From a bacterium (lineage in GTDB: Bacteria > Electryoneota > RPQS01 > DYHQ01): DNA of 64,000 bases. The notes below the pieces were generated by a model that did no database searches, had not been told where the DNA came from, and was given only the letters and a program-made list of their open reading frames with translations. The stretch is from assembly GCA_030622545.1 (NCBI GenBank), contig JAUXGA010000012.1:29140-93139 (forward strand), written 5' to 3'. The translations under genes and the position numbers were made by a program. Below are positions 21,362 to 32,856 of the stretch, in pieces (the stretch's first letter is position 1; each line of letters starts with the position of its first letter).

Positions 21362-21522
21362 GCAATAGAACCAAAGGGTGTTTCCTTTGTTCCTTATAAA
21401 GGAATATGACAAAGCGATGGGCAGCTCGAGTAACTTCGAGCTGCCCACACTCGCTGTAGCGACATCCTCGCCGAGGCAGATCCCCCGATCTGCCCGGAAT
21501 GTTAAATAGTCTGGAGAAAATC

Positions 21523-24500
21523 GTGAAAATGCGATGGATTTTTTTAGCCTTTTTACTGCCGGTAATTCTCTTCGCCTCGCCGGTGCATACGACGTATATC
21601 TGGCATTTGGAGCAGCCGATTTACTGGCCGGACAGAATTTCGGTCGGAACGCCGACCTATGAACGCGCGTGGCAATCGATAAACAACGGCGGCGCTCATC
21701 CCGAGAATGACGTCGCGGGAATTTTTTCGGTTGATGATAGAGTTGCAGCGTATCAATGGCGCCCGAAGGAATCCATCGCAGCGATGACCGGAAATGATGC
21801 GGGTGCTCAGGTGACGTACAGCGGCGGCCTCGCGGAAAACGTGCGGAGTCTTGCCGATGCAAGTGCCTACGGCTATACGAGTTCATGGAATACACATTTT
21901 CAAACGGCGCGCGGATGGCCGACAAGCGGCGGACGGCCACGCATGGAAATGGTGATTATCTCTCACCATCATGCGCTTTGTCCATTGATTGACCCGAATA
22001 CGCTTGAAAAAGAAATACAAATCTACCAGCAGCTCTATCCGCAGGTCTGGGGAAGCTCACCATCGCAATCAGTCGGGTTTTTCCCGCCGGAAATCGCTTT
22101 TTCCGAGCGTATGATTCCGACGTTGGTGGAAAATGGGATTTCTTGGGTCTTCGTAGGTTCGAATCATATCTCGCGTGCGATTGAAAACTTCCCGCTCGTT
22201 ATGGGAACCGGCGGCGAGAATTGCGATCCTCCCAATCAAGCGGATCAGATTAATCCTAGCCAGACGAATTGGTTTTCGCTCACCATCAGTCGCGGATGCA
22301 CACCGACCGACGCGTATCCCTATTCATTCCAGCCACATTATGCACAGTATATTGATCCCGAAACGCAAGCTATCTCGCAGATTATCGTCGTGCCGGTAGC
22401 TCAGGCGATGAGCTGGCAGGATGGGTATCAAATGTACGGTACAGATGACATCGGCGAGATTGCCTGGGCGAATAATCCGACCTATCCGATGTTAGTTGTG
22501 CTCGGGCACGACGGAGACAATGCGTGGGGCGGCGGATATTCCTATTATATGGAGAGCGTGCCTTCGTTCACCGCTGAAGCCGTTTCCAAGGGCTACGAAC
22601 CGACAACCGTGCCGGAGTATTTAGCCGATCATCCGGTCGCGCCGGGAGATGTTGTCCATGTGGAAGATGGCGCGTGGGTGAATGCGGACAGCGATTTCGG
22701 TTCGCCGGATTTTATTAATTGGAATTGGCCGCTCTATGATGCCTATGGGAACTTTGACATTGCGAACGGCTGGGCGCTCGACGAACGCAATTGGGCGGTG
22801 ATTACGGCGGCGCAGAATCGCGTTGAAACCGCCGAACAAATCGCGGGCGGTGTTTCCATTGCGAATATTCAGGATCCTTTGGCAGGCTCACCGTCGAATG
22901 CCGATTTGGCGTGGCATTTCTTTTTGGCGTCGCTCAATTCCGGTTACATGTACTACGGCGCGTCGCTGGATATGGAAGTGAAACCGTCGCTGGCCTGCAA
23001 TTGGGGTGCGCATTACGCGGATATGGTTATTGGCGGCGGCAGCGGCGATGCAACCGCGCCGTCAATTTGGGTTCCGCAGCAAATGCCTCACAATCCCGGT
23101 GCAATTGGTTACGGTTCGTTGTGGGGTTATCAGCAAGTTCATCATTCGCGGGATTTCTGGGTGTGGACATTTATCTATGATGTCAATGGTATCGAGGAAG
23201 TCACCTTTTATTATCGGCTGGACAACGACGGCGTGAATCCGATAGCATCACTTCAGAACGAAACATTCGCCGGCGGCGCAGAGGTGACATCATGGCGCAC
23301 GCTGCCGATGACGCGGCGCGATTTCCCGGCGGACAATGTTTACAGCGACCCGTCGATAAATTTTGACATTATACCGGATTACATTGCGGATGAATACTAT
23401 ATCCATGTTACCGAATCCGAAATCGTCGATTCGGGAGATGTGCTTGTTGATTATTTCGTCGAGGCGATTGATTCATTGGGATACATCAAACGCTCACCGA
23501 TACAGCACACCTATGTAGGTTCCGGCGGCGGAGCGGGGCCCAGCGATGTCGTCTGGTGGTGGCCGGAGACTCCCGAAACCGGAGAGATTGTTACGATTTA
23601 TTACGATGCGGATTTAGGCACGCTCCCTCCCGGCACCAGTCCGGTTTACATTCATATCGGTCACAGCGGCTGGCAGGAAATTCTGAATCCTGATCCCACG
23701 ATGACCTTCGATGCCGATTCGCAGGCTTGGCGTTATACGTATTCGATTCCCGTCACAGCGACGACGGTCGATTTCGTATTCAACAACGGCATGGGCAACT
23801 GGGATAACAACGGCGGCGCGAACTGGCACATCACCGTCACCGTCGGAGGCGTGCCGGGCTTTGAAATGGACGGACAACTTGAAAGCTCCGCCGAGCTCGT
23901 GGGGCAAAACGGAAGTTATAACCTATGGGCTGATTTCAATGGGGAATACTTCTACGTGGCGACCGACCGCGCACAGGGCACTGGCAATGACCGATTCATC
24001 TTTTTAGCTGAGCAGCCCGGTTCTATGACAGGCGCGCCATGGGGAAAAAGCGGGCAGGTTGCCGCGTGGGATGCGTACCTTGCCGAAGAAGCGGACAACG
24101 GTTGGTCGGGATGGTTCGATAACACAGGAACCGCCGCGAATGCGACCGGAGCGGTTTCGGAAGGTTCGCTGTCTCTTTCGGGAGAATACGGTTCTATCCC
24201 TGAGCAAATCTGGATTGCGTTGGGTGCTTATCAAACGTCGGATGGCGGCACGCTTGTGGAGCAGGTACCCGATGCGGTCACTCCGAATGGAAATATCGAA
24301 GCGGACGAATGGATCGAGATTAATCTCGGCGGCCCGAAAGAACTCACGATTGCCGTCGATGGCTTGGACGCTGTACTGAATTGGAACACGGCTTTCGGAG
24401 CTTCAGGTTATCAGATTCACTTGACATCCACGCCATTTGAAACGCTTTCAGAAAGCACGAGACTGGCGACTGTGACAAGTCCGCCCTACACGCACGAGAG

Positions 24501-24552
24501 TGTGCTGGCAGGATATACGAAAGGCTTCTACCGCGTCATCGCCGAATATTGA
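21523..24552 (+). CDS. Secreted GH119-like alpha-amylase with CBM25/53-like module and C-terminal FN3-like domain
   Basis: WHLEQPIYWP, GFFPPEIAFSERMIPTL, LGHDGDNAWGGG, HVEDGAW motifs; DFVFNNGMGNWDNNGGANWH CBM motif. Confidence 0.7.
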   Translation: MKMRWIFLAFLLPVILFASPVHTTYIWHLEQPIYWPDRISVGTPTYERAWQSINNGGAHPENDVAGIFSVDDRVAAYQWRPKESIAAMTGNDAGAQVTYSGGLAENVRSLADASAYGYTSSWNTHFQTARGWPTSGGRPRMEMVIISHHHALCPLIDPNTLEKEIQIYQQLYPQVWGSSPSQSVGFFPPEIAFSERMIPTLVENGISWVFVGSNHISRAIENFPLVMGTGGENCDPPNQADQINPSQTNWFSLTISRGCTPTDAYPYSFQPHYAQYIDPETQAISQIIVVPVAQAMSWQDGYQMYGTDDIGEIAWANNPTYPMLVVLGHDGDNAWGGGYSYYMESVPSFTAEAVSKGYEPTTVPEYLADHPVAPGDVVHVEDGAWVNADSDFGSPDFINWNWPLYDAYGNFDIANGWALDERNWAVITAAQNRVETAEQIAGGVSIANIQDPLAGSPSNADLAWHFFLASLNSGYMYYGASLDMEVKPSLACNWGAHYADMVIGGGSGDATAPSIWVPQQMPHNPGAIGYGSLWGYQQVHHSRDFWVWTFIYDVNGIEEVTFYYRLDNDGVNPIASLQNETFAGGAEVTSWRTLPMTRRDFPADNVYSDPSINFDIIPDYIADEYYIHVTESEIVDSGDVLVDYFVEAIDSLGYIKRSPIQHTYVGSGGGAGPSDVVWWWPETPETGEIVTIYYDADLGTLPPGTSPVYIHIGHSGWQEILNPDPTMTFDADSQAWRYTYSIPVTATTVDFVFNNGMGNWDNNGGANWHITVTVGGVPGFEMDGQLESSAELVGQNGSYNLWADFNGEYFYVATDRAQGTGNDRFIFLAEQPGSMTGAPWGKSGQVAAWDAYLAEEADNGWSGWFDNTGTAANATGAVSEGSLSLSGEYGSIPEQIWIALGAYQTSDGGTLVEQVPDAVTPNGNIEADEWIEINLGGPKELTIAVDGLDAVLNWNTAFGASGYQIHLTSTPFETLSESTRLATVTSPPYTHESVLAGYTKGFYRVIAEY

Positions 24553-24655
24553 AATTCCCCCCGCGTGCGGGGGGATGTCAGGGGGGTCTCCTTATAAATC
24601 CGCCGCGAGTGGGTGCCTTGAGCCTCTCGCGACAAGAAGTGAAGCCAAAATTTCT

Positions 24656-24690
24656 ACGGCTCTGAAAAACAATTTCCAGAGCCGTTTTTT
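24656..24690 (+). terminator. Rho-independent terminator
   Basis: ACGGCTCTG...CAGAGCCGT followed by a T-tract. Confidence 0.75.
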
Positions 24691-24728
24691 ATGCTTTCAG
24701 AAAATATTTAGAGAAGATTGAGTCTTTA

Positions 24729-24757
24729 TTGACATTTGGCAGGAAGCGTGGTATATT
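24729..24757 (+). promoter_or_regulatory. Sigma70 promoter for the GH31-symporter genes
   Basis: TTGACA-17 bp-TATATT with extended -10 TG. Confidence 0.7.
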
Positions 24758-24805
24758 AAACTATCGATTTGCTGTAGTCGAATATTCCCTAACGAGAGTA
24801 TAGAA

Positions 24806-27223
24806 ATGGTTTATCGAAAACATCTCACAATTCTGTGTTGTCTGTTGCTTGCTGTTTCCGCAGTACAGGCAAATTACACCTTCTTAGGCAACGTGGACAG
24901 CGCGAAGGTCGAAACATCAGGTTGCGTGCTCTATTGCGAAGGTGGCAACAATGTGCAGATTACTTTTCTAAAAGAGAATATGTTTCGCTATACATTGCAT
25001 CGCGCGGAATACTCCGAGCCTCTGTTAGAATATCCGCTTGTGAAGACGCAATGGGATGGTGTTCAAGTAGAATATTTAGAAAATGATTCGATAATCACAT
25101 TAACATCGAGCGAACTCAGGATTGAAATTCAGAAAATTCCCTGTCGCATCGTCGTTAGAAATAGCGAGGGAGAGATTTTATCCGCGGATGATCCGGGTAT
25201 GGGTATTGGCTGGGACGGAAAAGAGGTTCGTTCGTGGCGCACAATAGCACCGGATGAGAAATTCTTCGGGCTGGGTGAGAAAGTCGGACCGGTGAACAAA
25301 CGTGGCCGCGAATGGGTGATGTGGAACGATGATTATCCGGGCTACGACGACCGCACCGACCCTCTCTATCAATCCATTCCTTTTTATATCGGTCTCCGCG
25401 ACGGCAACGCTTACGGAATTTATTTCAACAACAGCTACCGCACGACGTTCAATATGGGCGCGGGCAATCGGCGCTATATGTCGTTCGCGGCTGAACAAGG
25501 AAATCTCGATTATTTTTTCATTTGCGGACCTGAAATCAGTAGCGTGGTTGAAACGTACACTGAACTGACCGGACGCACACCAATGCCGCCGATGTGGTCT
25601 TTAGGGTATCAGCAATGTCGCTACAGTTATTTTCCTGACAGCGAAGTTTTGCGCATCGCAAAAACGTTTCGAGAAAAAAAGATTCCGGCGGACGTGATTT
25701 ATCTCGACATTCATTATATGGATGATTATCGCCTGTTCACATTTCATCCTGAGCGATTTCCCAAACCGCGCGCGTTGATGAATGAGCTTGAAGACATGGG
25801 CTTTAAAGTCGTCACGATTATTGATCCGGGTATCAAAGTTGATGATGAGTATCGCGTGGCTCGGGAAGGATTAGCCGGAGAGCATTTCGTGTGTTATCCC
25901 GATGATGAAATCTATATCGGCGAAGTGTGGCCGGGGCCGTCTTATTTTCCCGATTTCAGTCGCGATGAAACGCGCACATGGTGGGCGGGATTGCTCGATG
26001 AATTTTACGATACCGGCATCGACGGATTTTGGAACGATATGAATGAACCGGCGGTATGGGGAAAAGCATTTCCGCAGGAAGTCATTTTCAACGATGACGG
26101 AATTTTCTCGAACCAGAAAAAAATGCACAACCTGTACGGATTTCTCATGTGTCGTGCGACGACGGAAGGGATGAAACGTTTGCGCCCGGAGGAGCGGATG
26201 TTCGTTTTGACACGAGCGGGATTCGCCGGCATTCAGCGTTACAGTGCGGTCTGGACGGGAGACAACGTCGCCAGCGAAGAACATCTCGAACTGGGCATTC
26301 GCATGATGCTCGGGCTGGGACTTTCAGGAGTGCCGTTCGTCGGAATGGATGTCGGCGGTTTCATGGGCACGCCGTCGCCGGAACTTTATGCACGGTGGAT
26401 GCAGGTCGGAGCGTTGTCGCCGCTGTTTCGAGGACACACAGTGTACAACAGCAGCGACCAAGAGCCGTGGTCGTTCGGCGATGAAGTCGAACGCATCAGC
26501 CGTGAAGCAATCGAATTGCGCTATCGATTGTTGCCGTATATCTATTCGTTGTTCTATGAAGCGAACCAAACCGGCGCGCCGCTATGGCGACCGTTGTTCT
26601 GGTATGACACGGACGACAATCGAGTGTATGACTGGGCATTTCAGCACGAATTCTTCGTCGGAGAAAAGCTCTTGGCGGCTCCGGTAACGCGCGATGGGCA
26701 ATATGTAAAAAAAGTTTATCTGCCTAGAGGCAAATGGCTGGATTGGAATACAGAGAAAGTGTATGACGGCGAACAGGAAATCTATGTGGATGCGCCGTTG
26801 TATCGGTTACCGTTGTTCCTAAGGGAAGGCGCAATCATTCCATCGAGAGAACCCGAACAGTTCACGGGTGAAAAGCCTCTGACGAAATTGATTCTCGATG
26901 TCTTCGCAAGTGAACAGCTATCAGCATTCGAATACTATGAAGACGACGGCAAGAGCTACGATTATTTGAACGGAAGCTACCGCCTTACGGAATTCAGTTG
27001 TATAAAAACCCAGAGTGAATTGCAGTTCGAAAAACAGCGCACACATGATAATTACAAAGCTCCCAAGCGCAATTTAGAAATTCGTTTTCATGCTGTAGTA
27101 GAGCCGAGCGAAGTTCTACTTGATGAGCGAGTAATAGATGATTATCATTACGATGCTCAAAAACAAATTCTAACGATTTCAATTCCCGATAAAGGGAAAG
27201 AACAAAAGTTGCTCATCCGGTAA
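24806..27223 (+). CDS. GH31 alpha-glucosidase (signal peptide)
   Basis: DGFWNDMNEP, WTGDN, GMDVGGF and IYLDIHYM motifs. Confidence 0.93.
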   Translation: MVYRKHLTILCCLLLAVSAVQANYTFLGNVDSAKVETSGCVLYCEGGNNVQITFLKENMFRYTLHRAEYSEPLLEYPLVKTQWDGVQVEYLENDSIITLTSSELRIEIQKIPCRIVVRNSEGEILSADDPGMGIGWDGKEVRSWRTIAPDEKFFGLGEKVGPVNKRGREWVMWNDDYPGYDDRTDPLYQSIPFYIGLRDGNAYGIYFNNSYRTTFNMGAGNRRYMSFAAEQGNLDYFFICGPEISSVVETYTELTGRTPMPPMWSLGYQQCRYSYFPDSEVLRIAKTFREKKIPADVIYLDIHYMDDYRLFTFHPERFPKPRALMNELEDMGFKVVTIIDPGIKVDDEYRVAREGLAGEHFVCYPDDEIYIGEVWPGPSYFPDFSRDETRTWWAGLLDEFYDTGIDGFWNDMNEPAVWGKAFPQEVIFNDDGIFSNQKKMHNLYGFLMCRATTEGMKRLRPEERMFVLTRAGFAGIQRYSAVWTGDNVASEEHLELGIRMMLGLGLSGVPFVGMDVGGFMGTPSPELYARWMQVGALSPLFRGHTVYNSSDQEPWSFGDEVERISREAIELRYRLLPYIYSLFYEANQTGAPLWRPLFWYDTDDNRVYDWAFQHEFFVGEKLLAAPVTRDGQYVKKVYLPRGKWLDWNTEKVYDGEQEIYVDAPLYRLPLFLREGAIIPSREPEQFTGEKPLTKLILDVFASEQLSAFEYYEDDGKSYDYLNGSYRLTEFSCIKTQSELQFEKQRTHDNYKAPKRNLEIRFHAVVEPSEVLLDERVIDDYHYDAQKQILTISIPDKGKEQKLLIR

Positions 27224-27241
27224 TTTTTAGGAGATAAGCAC

Positions 27242-28846
<1,605 letters not shown>

Positions 28847-28857
28847 TTGCATGAGGA

Positions 28858-28886
28858 TTGACAATCAATAGCATTTTTTGTACATT
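28858..28886 (+). promoter_or_regulatory. Sigma70 promoter of the R-M cassette
   Basis: TTGACA-17 bp-TACATT; it overlaps the ORF-track start, so the real start is probably GTG 28950. Confidence 0.6.
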
Positions 28887-28949
28887 AGTTTTGCAGTATC
28901 TACCATCCGAAGAGGTGAACAGGACTACAACCAGAAAAGGATTATTTTA

Positions 28950-29831
28950 GTGACACCAATTATATCAAAAAAGCAAGTCCAAAAACAATCACCACACAAA
29001 AAAATTGGCTTTAATGGACTAACACCAAGCCAGTGGGCAGCGCTTTCAAAGAATGTATGGAACGATGTAAGTTCTCCTCGCAATCACCATCAGCTTGAAC
29101 ATGGAGCTGTATTTCCTGTTAAGCTGGCCCAGCGCCTAATACAGATGTACTCCAAAGAAGGTGATTTGATATTTGATCCCTTTCTTGGAATAGGCACAAC
29201 TCTCATTGCAGCTCAAAACCTTAAGCGACACGGAATTGGCATTGAGTTGAATCCACGTTTTTCTGAAATTGCCGAACAATGGCTTATAGAGAACCAAGGT
29301 TTATTCAGTGAACAATCTAACTTTTCTGTTATTACAGGTGACTGCCGTAAGTTGAAGGAATACGTGTCTAAAAACACCGTTCAAACAACGATAACTTCTC
29401 CGCCTTATGCCAACTTCATTCATAGATCCGTAAAAGACCGAACAACAACACACAAGAATTCGATTATCACTTATGAAAACATAAGCACAGTTAAGCCCTA
29501 TAGTGATAATGACCTAGACTTCGGCAATTTGGAGTATCAAGACTTCCTAGAGCAACTAAAAACGATTCTCCATGCTAACTTTCATGTTACGATTGAGGGC
29601 GGATACTCCCTTTGGGTCGTCAAAGACTATCGAGATACAAAAAACAAAATTCCCTATATATCATTTCACTCTGATTTAGCCAAACTCGGAGAAGAAGCAG
29701 GATTTAAGTATCACGACCTAATTGTGTGGGACCAGACTGGACAACGTAGGCTTGTATTACTTGGCTTCCCAACAATATTTTACACAAACCAAAACTGCTC
29801 CTTTATTGTGGTGTTTAGAAAGACACGATGA
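28950..29831 (+). CDS. DNA amino-methyltransferase M1 (N4-C/N6-A type)
   Basis: HGAVFP, DPFLGIGTT (motif I), TSPPY (motif IV); RBS AAAGGA before GTG 28950. Confidence 0.85.
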   Translation: MTPIISKKQVQKQSPHKKIGFNGLTPSQWAALSKNVWNDVSSPRNHHQLEHGAVFPVKLAQRLIQMYSKEGDLIFDPFLGIGTTLIAAQNLKRHGIGIELNPRFSEIAEQWLIENQGLFSEQSNFSVITGDCRKLKEYVSKNTVQTTITSPPYANFIHRSVKDRTTTHKNSIITYENISTVKPYSDNDLDFGNLEYQDFLEQLKTILHANFHVTIEGGYSLWVVKDYRDTKNKIPYISFHSDLAKLGEEAGFKYHDLIVWDQTGQRRLVLLGFPTIFYTNQNCSFIVVFRKTR

Positions 29832-30961
29832 AATTGCTCGAAAACATAAGATTTGACTTTGACGGCGAAGACACTTCCTATCTAACTCATTCGTTTCACC
29901 CTTTTCCAGCAAAATTCCCGCCACAACTGCCGAAGGTCATACTTTCCGAATTCTCAGGGAAGGGTGAAATTGTGTTGGATCCGTTTTGCGGTTCAGGTAC
30001 TACACTCGTTGAGGCTCAATTGCAAGGAATTGACTCGGTGGGGGTAGATATTAACGGTCTCGCTTGTCTACTGAGTGAAGTAAAATCAAAACCACTTTCG
30101 AAACAGCAGCAATCTTTAGCGGCCGAATTATTTAATCGAATTTCTGACGAGAGTTTTCTCTGGGAAATGGGCAAAAAGAAAGATGTTACTGTTCCCAAAT
30201 TCGATGGATTATCCCATTGGTTTCAGCCAAATGTAGCTAAAGAATTAGCTTTTCTAAGAAATGAAATCTTAGCAATCAAGGACAAGGCCGCACGCGATTT
30301 TCTTAGGGTAGTGTTGTCATCTATCATTGTGCGAGTTTCCAATCAAGAGAGCGATACACGTTTTGCCGCAATAGATAAGAAAATCAAAGATGGTTTTACC
30401 TTTAAACTTTTCTTAGACCGCGGGAAGGTTTTCCTTGAAAAAATGAGAGCGTTTTCAAAGCAAGTCAAGACTCCGACCATTGTAGAGGTTTACAATACTG
30501 ATTCAAGAGACCTTGGCTTTCTAAACAGTAGAAAATTTGACTTAATAGTAACTTCTCCGCCTTATGCAAACACTTATGATTATTATCTCTATCATAAATT
30601 TAGAAAACGATGGCTGGATATAGATGTTCATTATGCTCAGTACAACGAAATCGGGTCTAGGCGGGAATTTTCTAGTCTTAAAAATGATCCAAGTAAATGG
30701 GTGTATGATTTAAAGCTTTGTTTCATGCAGATAAGTTCTGTTTTGAAAAAAAAGGGGTTGGCTTTCATAATAATTGGAGATTCCATTATTCGGAAGAAAC
30801 TTTTACGTATGGACGAAGTAATCTCGGAGTTTGCTCCAAGTGTAGGACTTGAAGTATGCGAAATCGTCTCATCAGATTTAAAACGCCACTCCAAGATATT
30901 TAATCCTGCTTTTGCTCAAAGGGGTAAAAAAGAACATTTAATGCTTTTGCAGAAACAATGA
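29828..30961 (+). CDS. DNA amino-methyltransferase M2 (N4-C-like)
   Basis: HPFPAKFPPQL, DPFCGSGTT, TSPPY; ATGA overlap with M1. Confidence 0.88.
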   Translation: MKLLENIRFDFDGEDTSYLTHSFHPFPAKFPPQLPKVILSEFSGKGEIVLDPFCGSGTTLVEAQLQGIDSVGVDINGLACLLSEVKSKPLSKQQQSLAAELFNRISDESFLWEMGKKKDVTVPKFDGLSHWFQPNVAKELAFLRNEILAIKDKAARDFLRVVLSSIIVRVSNQESDTRFAAIDKKIKDGFTFKLFLDRGKVFLEKMRAFSKQVKTPTIVEVYNTDSRDLGFLNSRKFDLIVTSPPYANTYDYYLYHKFRKRWLDIDVHYAQYNEIGSRREFSSLKNDPSKWVYDLKLCFMQISSVLKKKGLAFIIIGDSIIRKKLLRMDEVISEFAPSVGLEVCEIVSSDLKRHSKIFNPAFAQRGKKEHLMLLQKQ

Positions 30962-32766
30962 TCAACATTAGAATTTACTACGAGTCTTTAGAACAAGCCA
31001 ACCACTATATAAAACCGATTATAGCAGAGGCGTGTGATGGTCAACATGTAAACATTGTTCTTGTTAAACGCGTAGGATCTGCTAAAGATCTTCCACAGGG
31101 CAAAGTGCGCGCTATACATTCTCTGGCGACTCCAGACATTCTTATAACCGGTGTCGTCGATGATATCGAGACACCATTGATTCTAATTGAGTTTTCAGAA
31201 GCTGTTATGACGGAAGACCACGAGTTGCAGCGGTCCTATGGCCCGGTCGCTGCATATCTTGCTAATATGTTCTACCTTAAAGTATCTGGTCAAAAGGAGT
31301 CAAGCCGAGAACATGGAGGTGCTGAATATAATCCTTACAGCACCCCGCGTATGTTTTTGAATGAACTTGACCATCAAGGTTTTATCATTGCTGAATGGAG
31401 ATTTGTGCAGGACAACCCTACTATACTTGAACGCTCTAGAGATTTTCCGAGCTGTCCACCGCAAATCCCTATCTTGGTGCAAACCATTCGACATGCCATT
31501 TCAGCATACTGCGGAGACCAAGCAAACTGGTTTGACGAAGCTCTAAGAAATTTACAGCGAGAGACATCATATTCAGAGTTTATGAATAGGGTAAATCAAT
31601 CTCCTGGCCTATCATCTCTAACAACCACTTGGCAAGAGCGCGAGGAAAGATGTAGCAACAAAGACCGTGTCAGGTATTTTGTTGAAGATAACTGGATTGG
31701 CGCCAAGATCAACCGATTTGACCACGCGATGGATCCTGATAGGGGAATATTGATTTTTTTGTCAATTTTATTCTCGAACAGGACTGCTGTATATGGCATT
31801 TACTCCATAGTTCGTCCGCGTAGTGGCCCAGAGTTAAGAGGAAGAATACAGGACCTCTCCAGCCTTCAAAGACACGTAGAAGCCGCATTGATAAAAGACC
31901 ACGGTGGCATACCGTCCTGGTTAAGTAATGCCATAATGAATAAGGTTTCTGAAGCAGGGTCTGTGAATTCAACAATTGATTTTCAAGGTATATGGGAGGC
32001 AAATCGTTCTAGAATAGAAGATAACAAGGTTGCAATGACACTTGCGTATTTTCTTGATGGTATGTACCTAGGTTATGGCGGAATTCTTTTGCAATGGGAC
32101 AAACAGGCACTGTTAGGTAATGCGTCGGATTCATTCATTGATAGCCTGCGACAACATTTGGGTTTCAGTAATGATGGTTCAGCAGCTTCTATAGAAGAAA
32201 GAGCGAATGATGTGAACGAAGACGAAGTCACATATTTGATTGCACACCGTATCCTTTTTCCAAATAGTTTTCAGATAGTCAGTATTAGTTATCCGGGTGC
32301 TCAAGGTGGTTTCGCTGTACTACCAGAACCAGAAGCGGGACGAGCACAGCGGCGTAGATATATAGATCTTATCGCTCTACCTCCACAAGACATTTCTTCT
32401 TTTGACGTCCTGCTTAATGAAAACAAAGGAATGTTCTCAAGGGCGGCGATAACCGGCGATGTTAGAGAATTGAATCAGTATAAAACAAACCATGCTTATA
32501 GAGGTGCTCTCACGCAATCTCTCGTGAATGCGAAGGTCATTGACTCCAATAGAGAACTACGCGAAATCTTAATAGGAATAGGATTTGGTGTCAGAAATGG
32601 AACAAGAACAACTTGGGACCCAAGCGAAGTTGATTTCATATTTCGCGTTATCCACAGATCGAGATGGGCTATTGGAATTTTTTCGCAAAGTCTAAGGGAA
32701 TTAATCCCGACGATTGAGGGAAACACGGACTTACCGAGGTGTTATAAAATTTGCCCTCCTGATTAA
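30958..32766 (+). CDS. Putative Type IIS/IIA restriction endonuclease, BsrI-like, with two candidate nuclease centres
   Basis: Coupled to two MTases; PD...IEFS..TEDHELQR, NRFDHAMDPDRG, SYPGAQG, YIDLIAL...ENK motifs, recalled as resembling R.BsrI. Confidence 0.7.
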   Translation: MINIRIYYESLEQANHYIKPIIAEACDGQHVNIVLVKRVGSAKDLPQGKVRAIHSLATPDILITGVVDDIETPLILIEFSEAVMTEDHELQRSYGPVAAYLANMFYLKVSGQKESSREHGGAEYNPYSTPRMFLNELDHQGFIIAEWRFVQDNPTILERSRDFPSCPPQIPILVQTIRHAISAYCGDQANWFDEALRNLQRETSYSEFMNRVNQSPGLSSLTTTWQEREERCSNKDRVRYFVEDNWIGAKINRFDHAMDPDRGILIFLSILFSNRTAVYGIYSIVRPRSGPELRGRIQDLSSLQRHVEAALIKDHGGIPSWLSNAIMNKVSEAGSVNSTIDFQGIWEANRSRIEDNKVAMTLAYFLDGMYLGYGGILLQWDKQALLGNASDSFIDSLRQHLGFSNDGSAASIEERANDVNEDEVTYLIAHRILFPNSFQIVSISYPGAQGGFAVLPEPEAGRAQRRRYIDLIALPPQDISSFDVLLNENKGMFSRAAITGDVRELNQYKTNHAYRGALTQSLVNAKVIDSNRELREILIGIGFGVRNGTRTTWDPSEVDFIFRVIHRSRWAIGIFSQSLRELIPTIEGNTDLPRCYKICPPD

Positions 32767-32856
32767 TGCGAATTGGAAATAATTCCAGAAACTGAGCGGT
32801 TTTCAGGGAGGCGTTGGCACATACGTTTGAGCATATAATTCAGTGATGCGCGCAAC

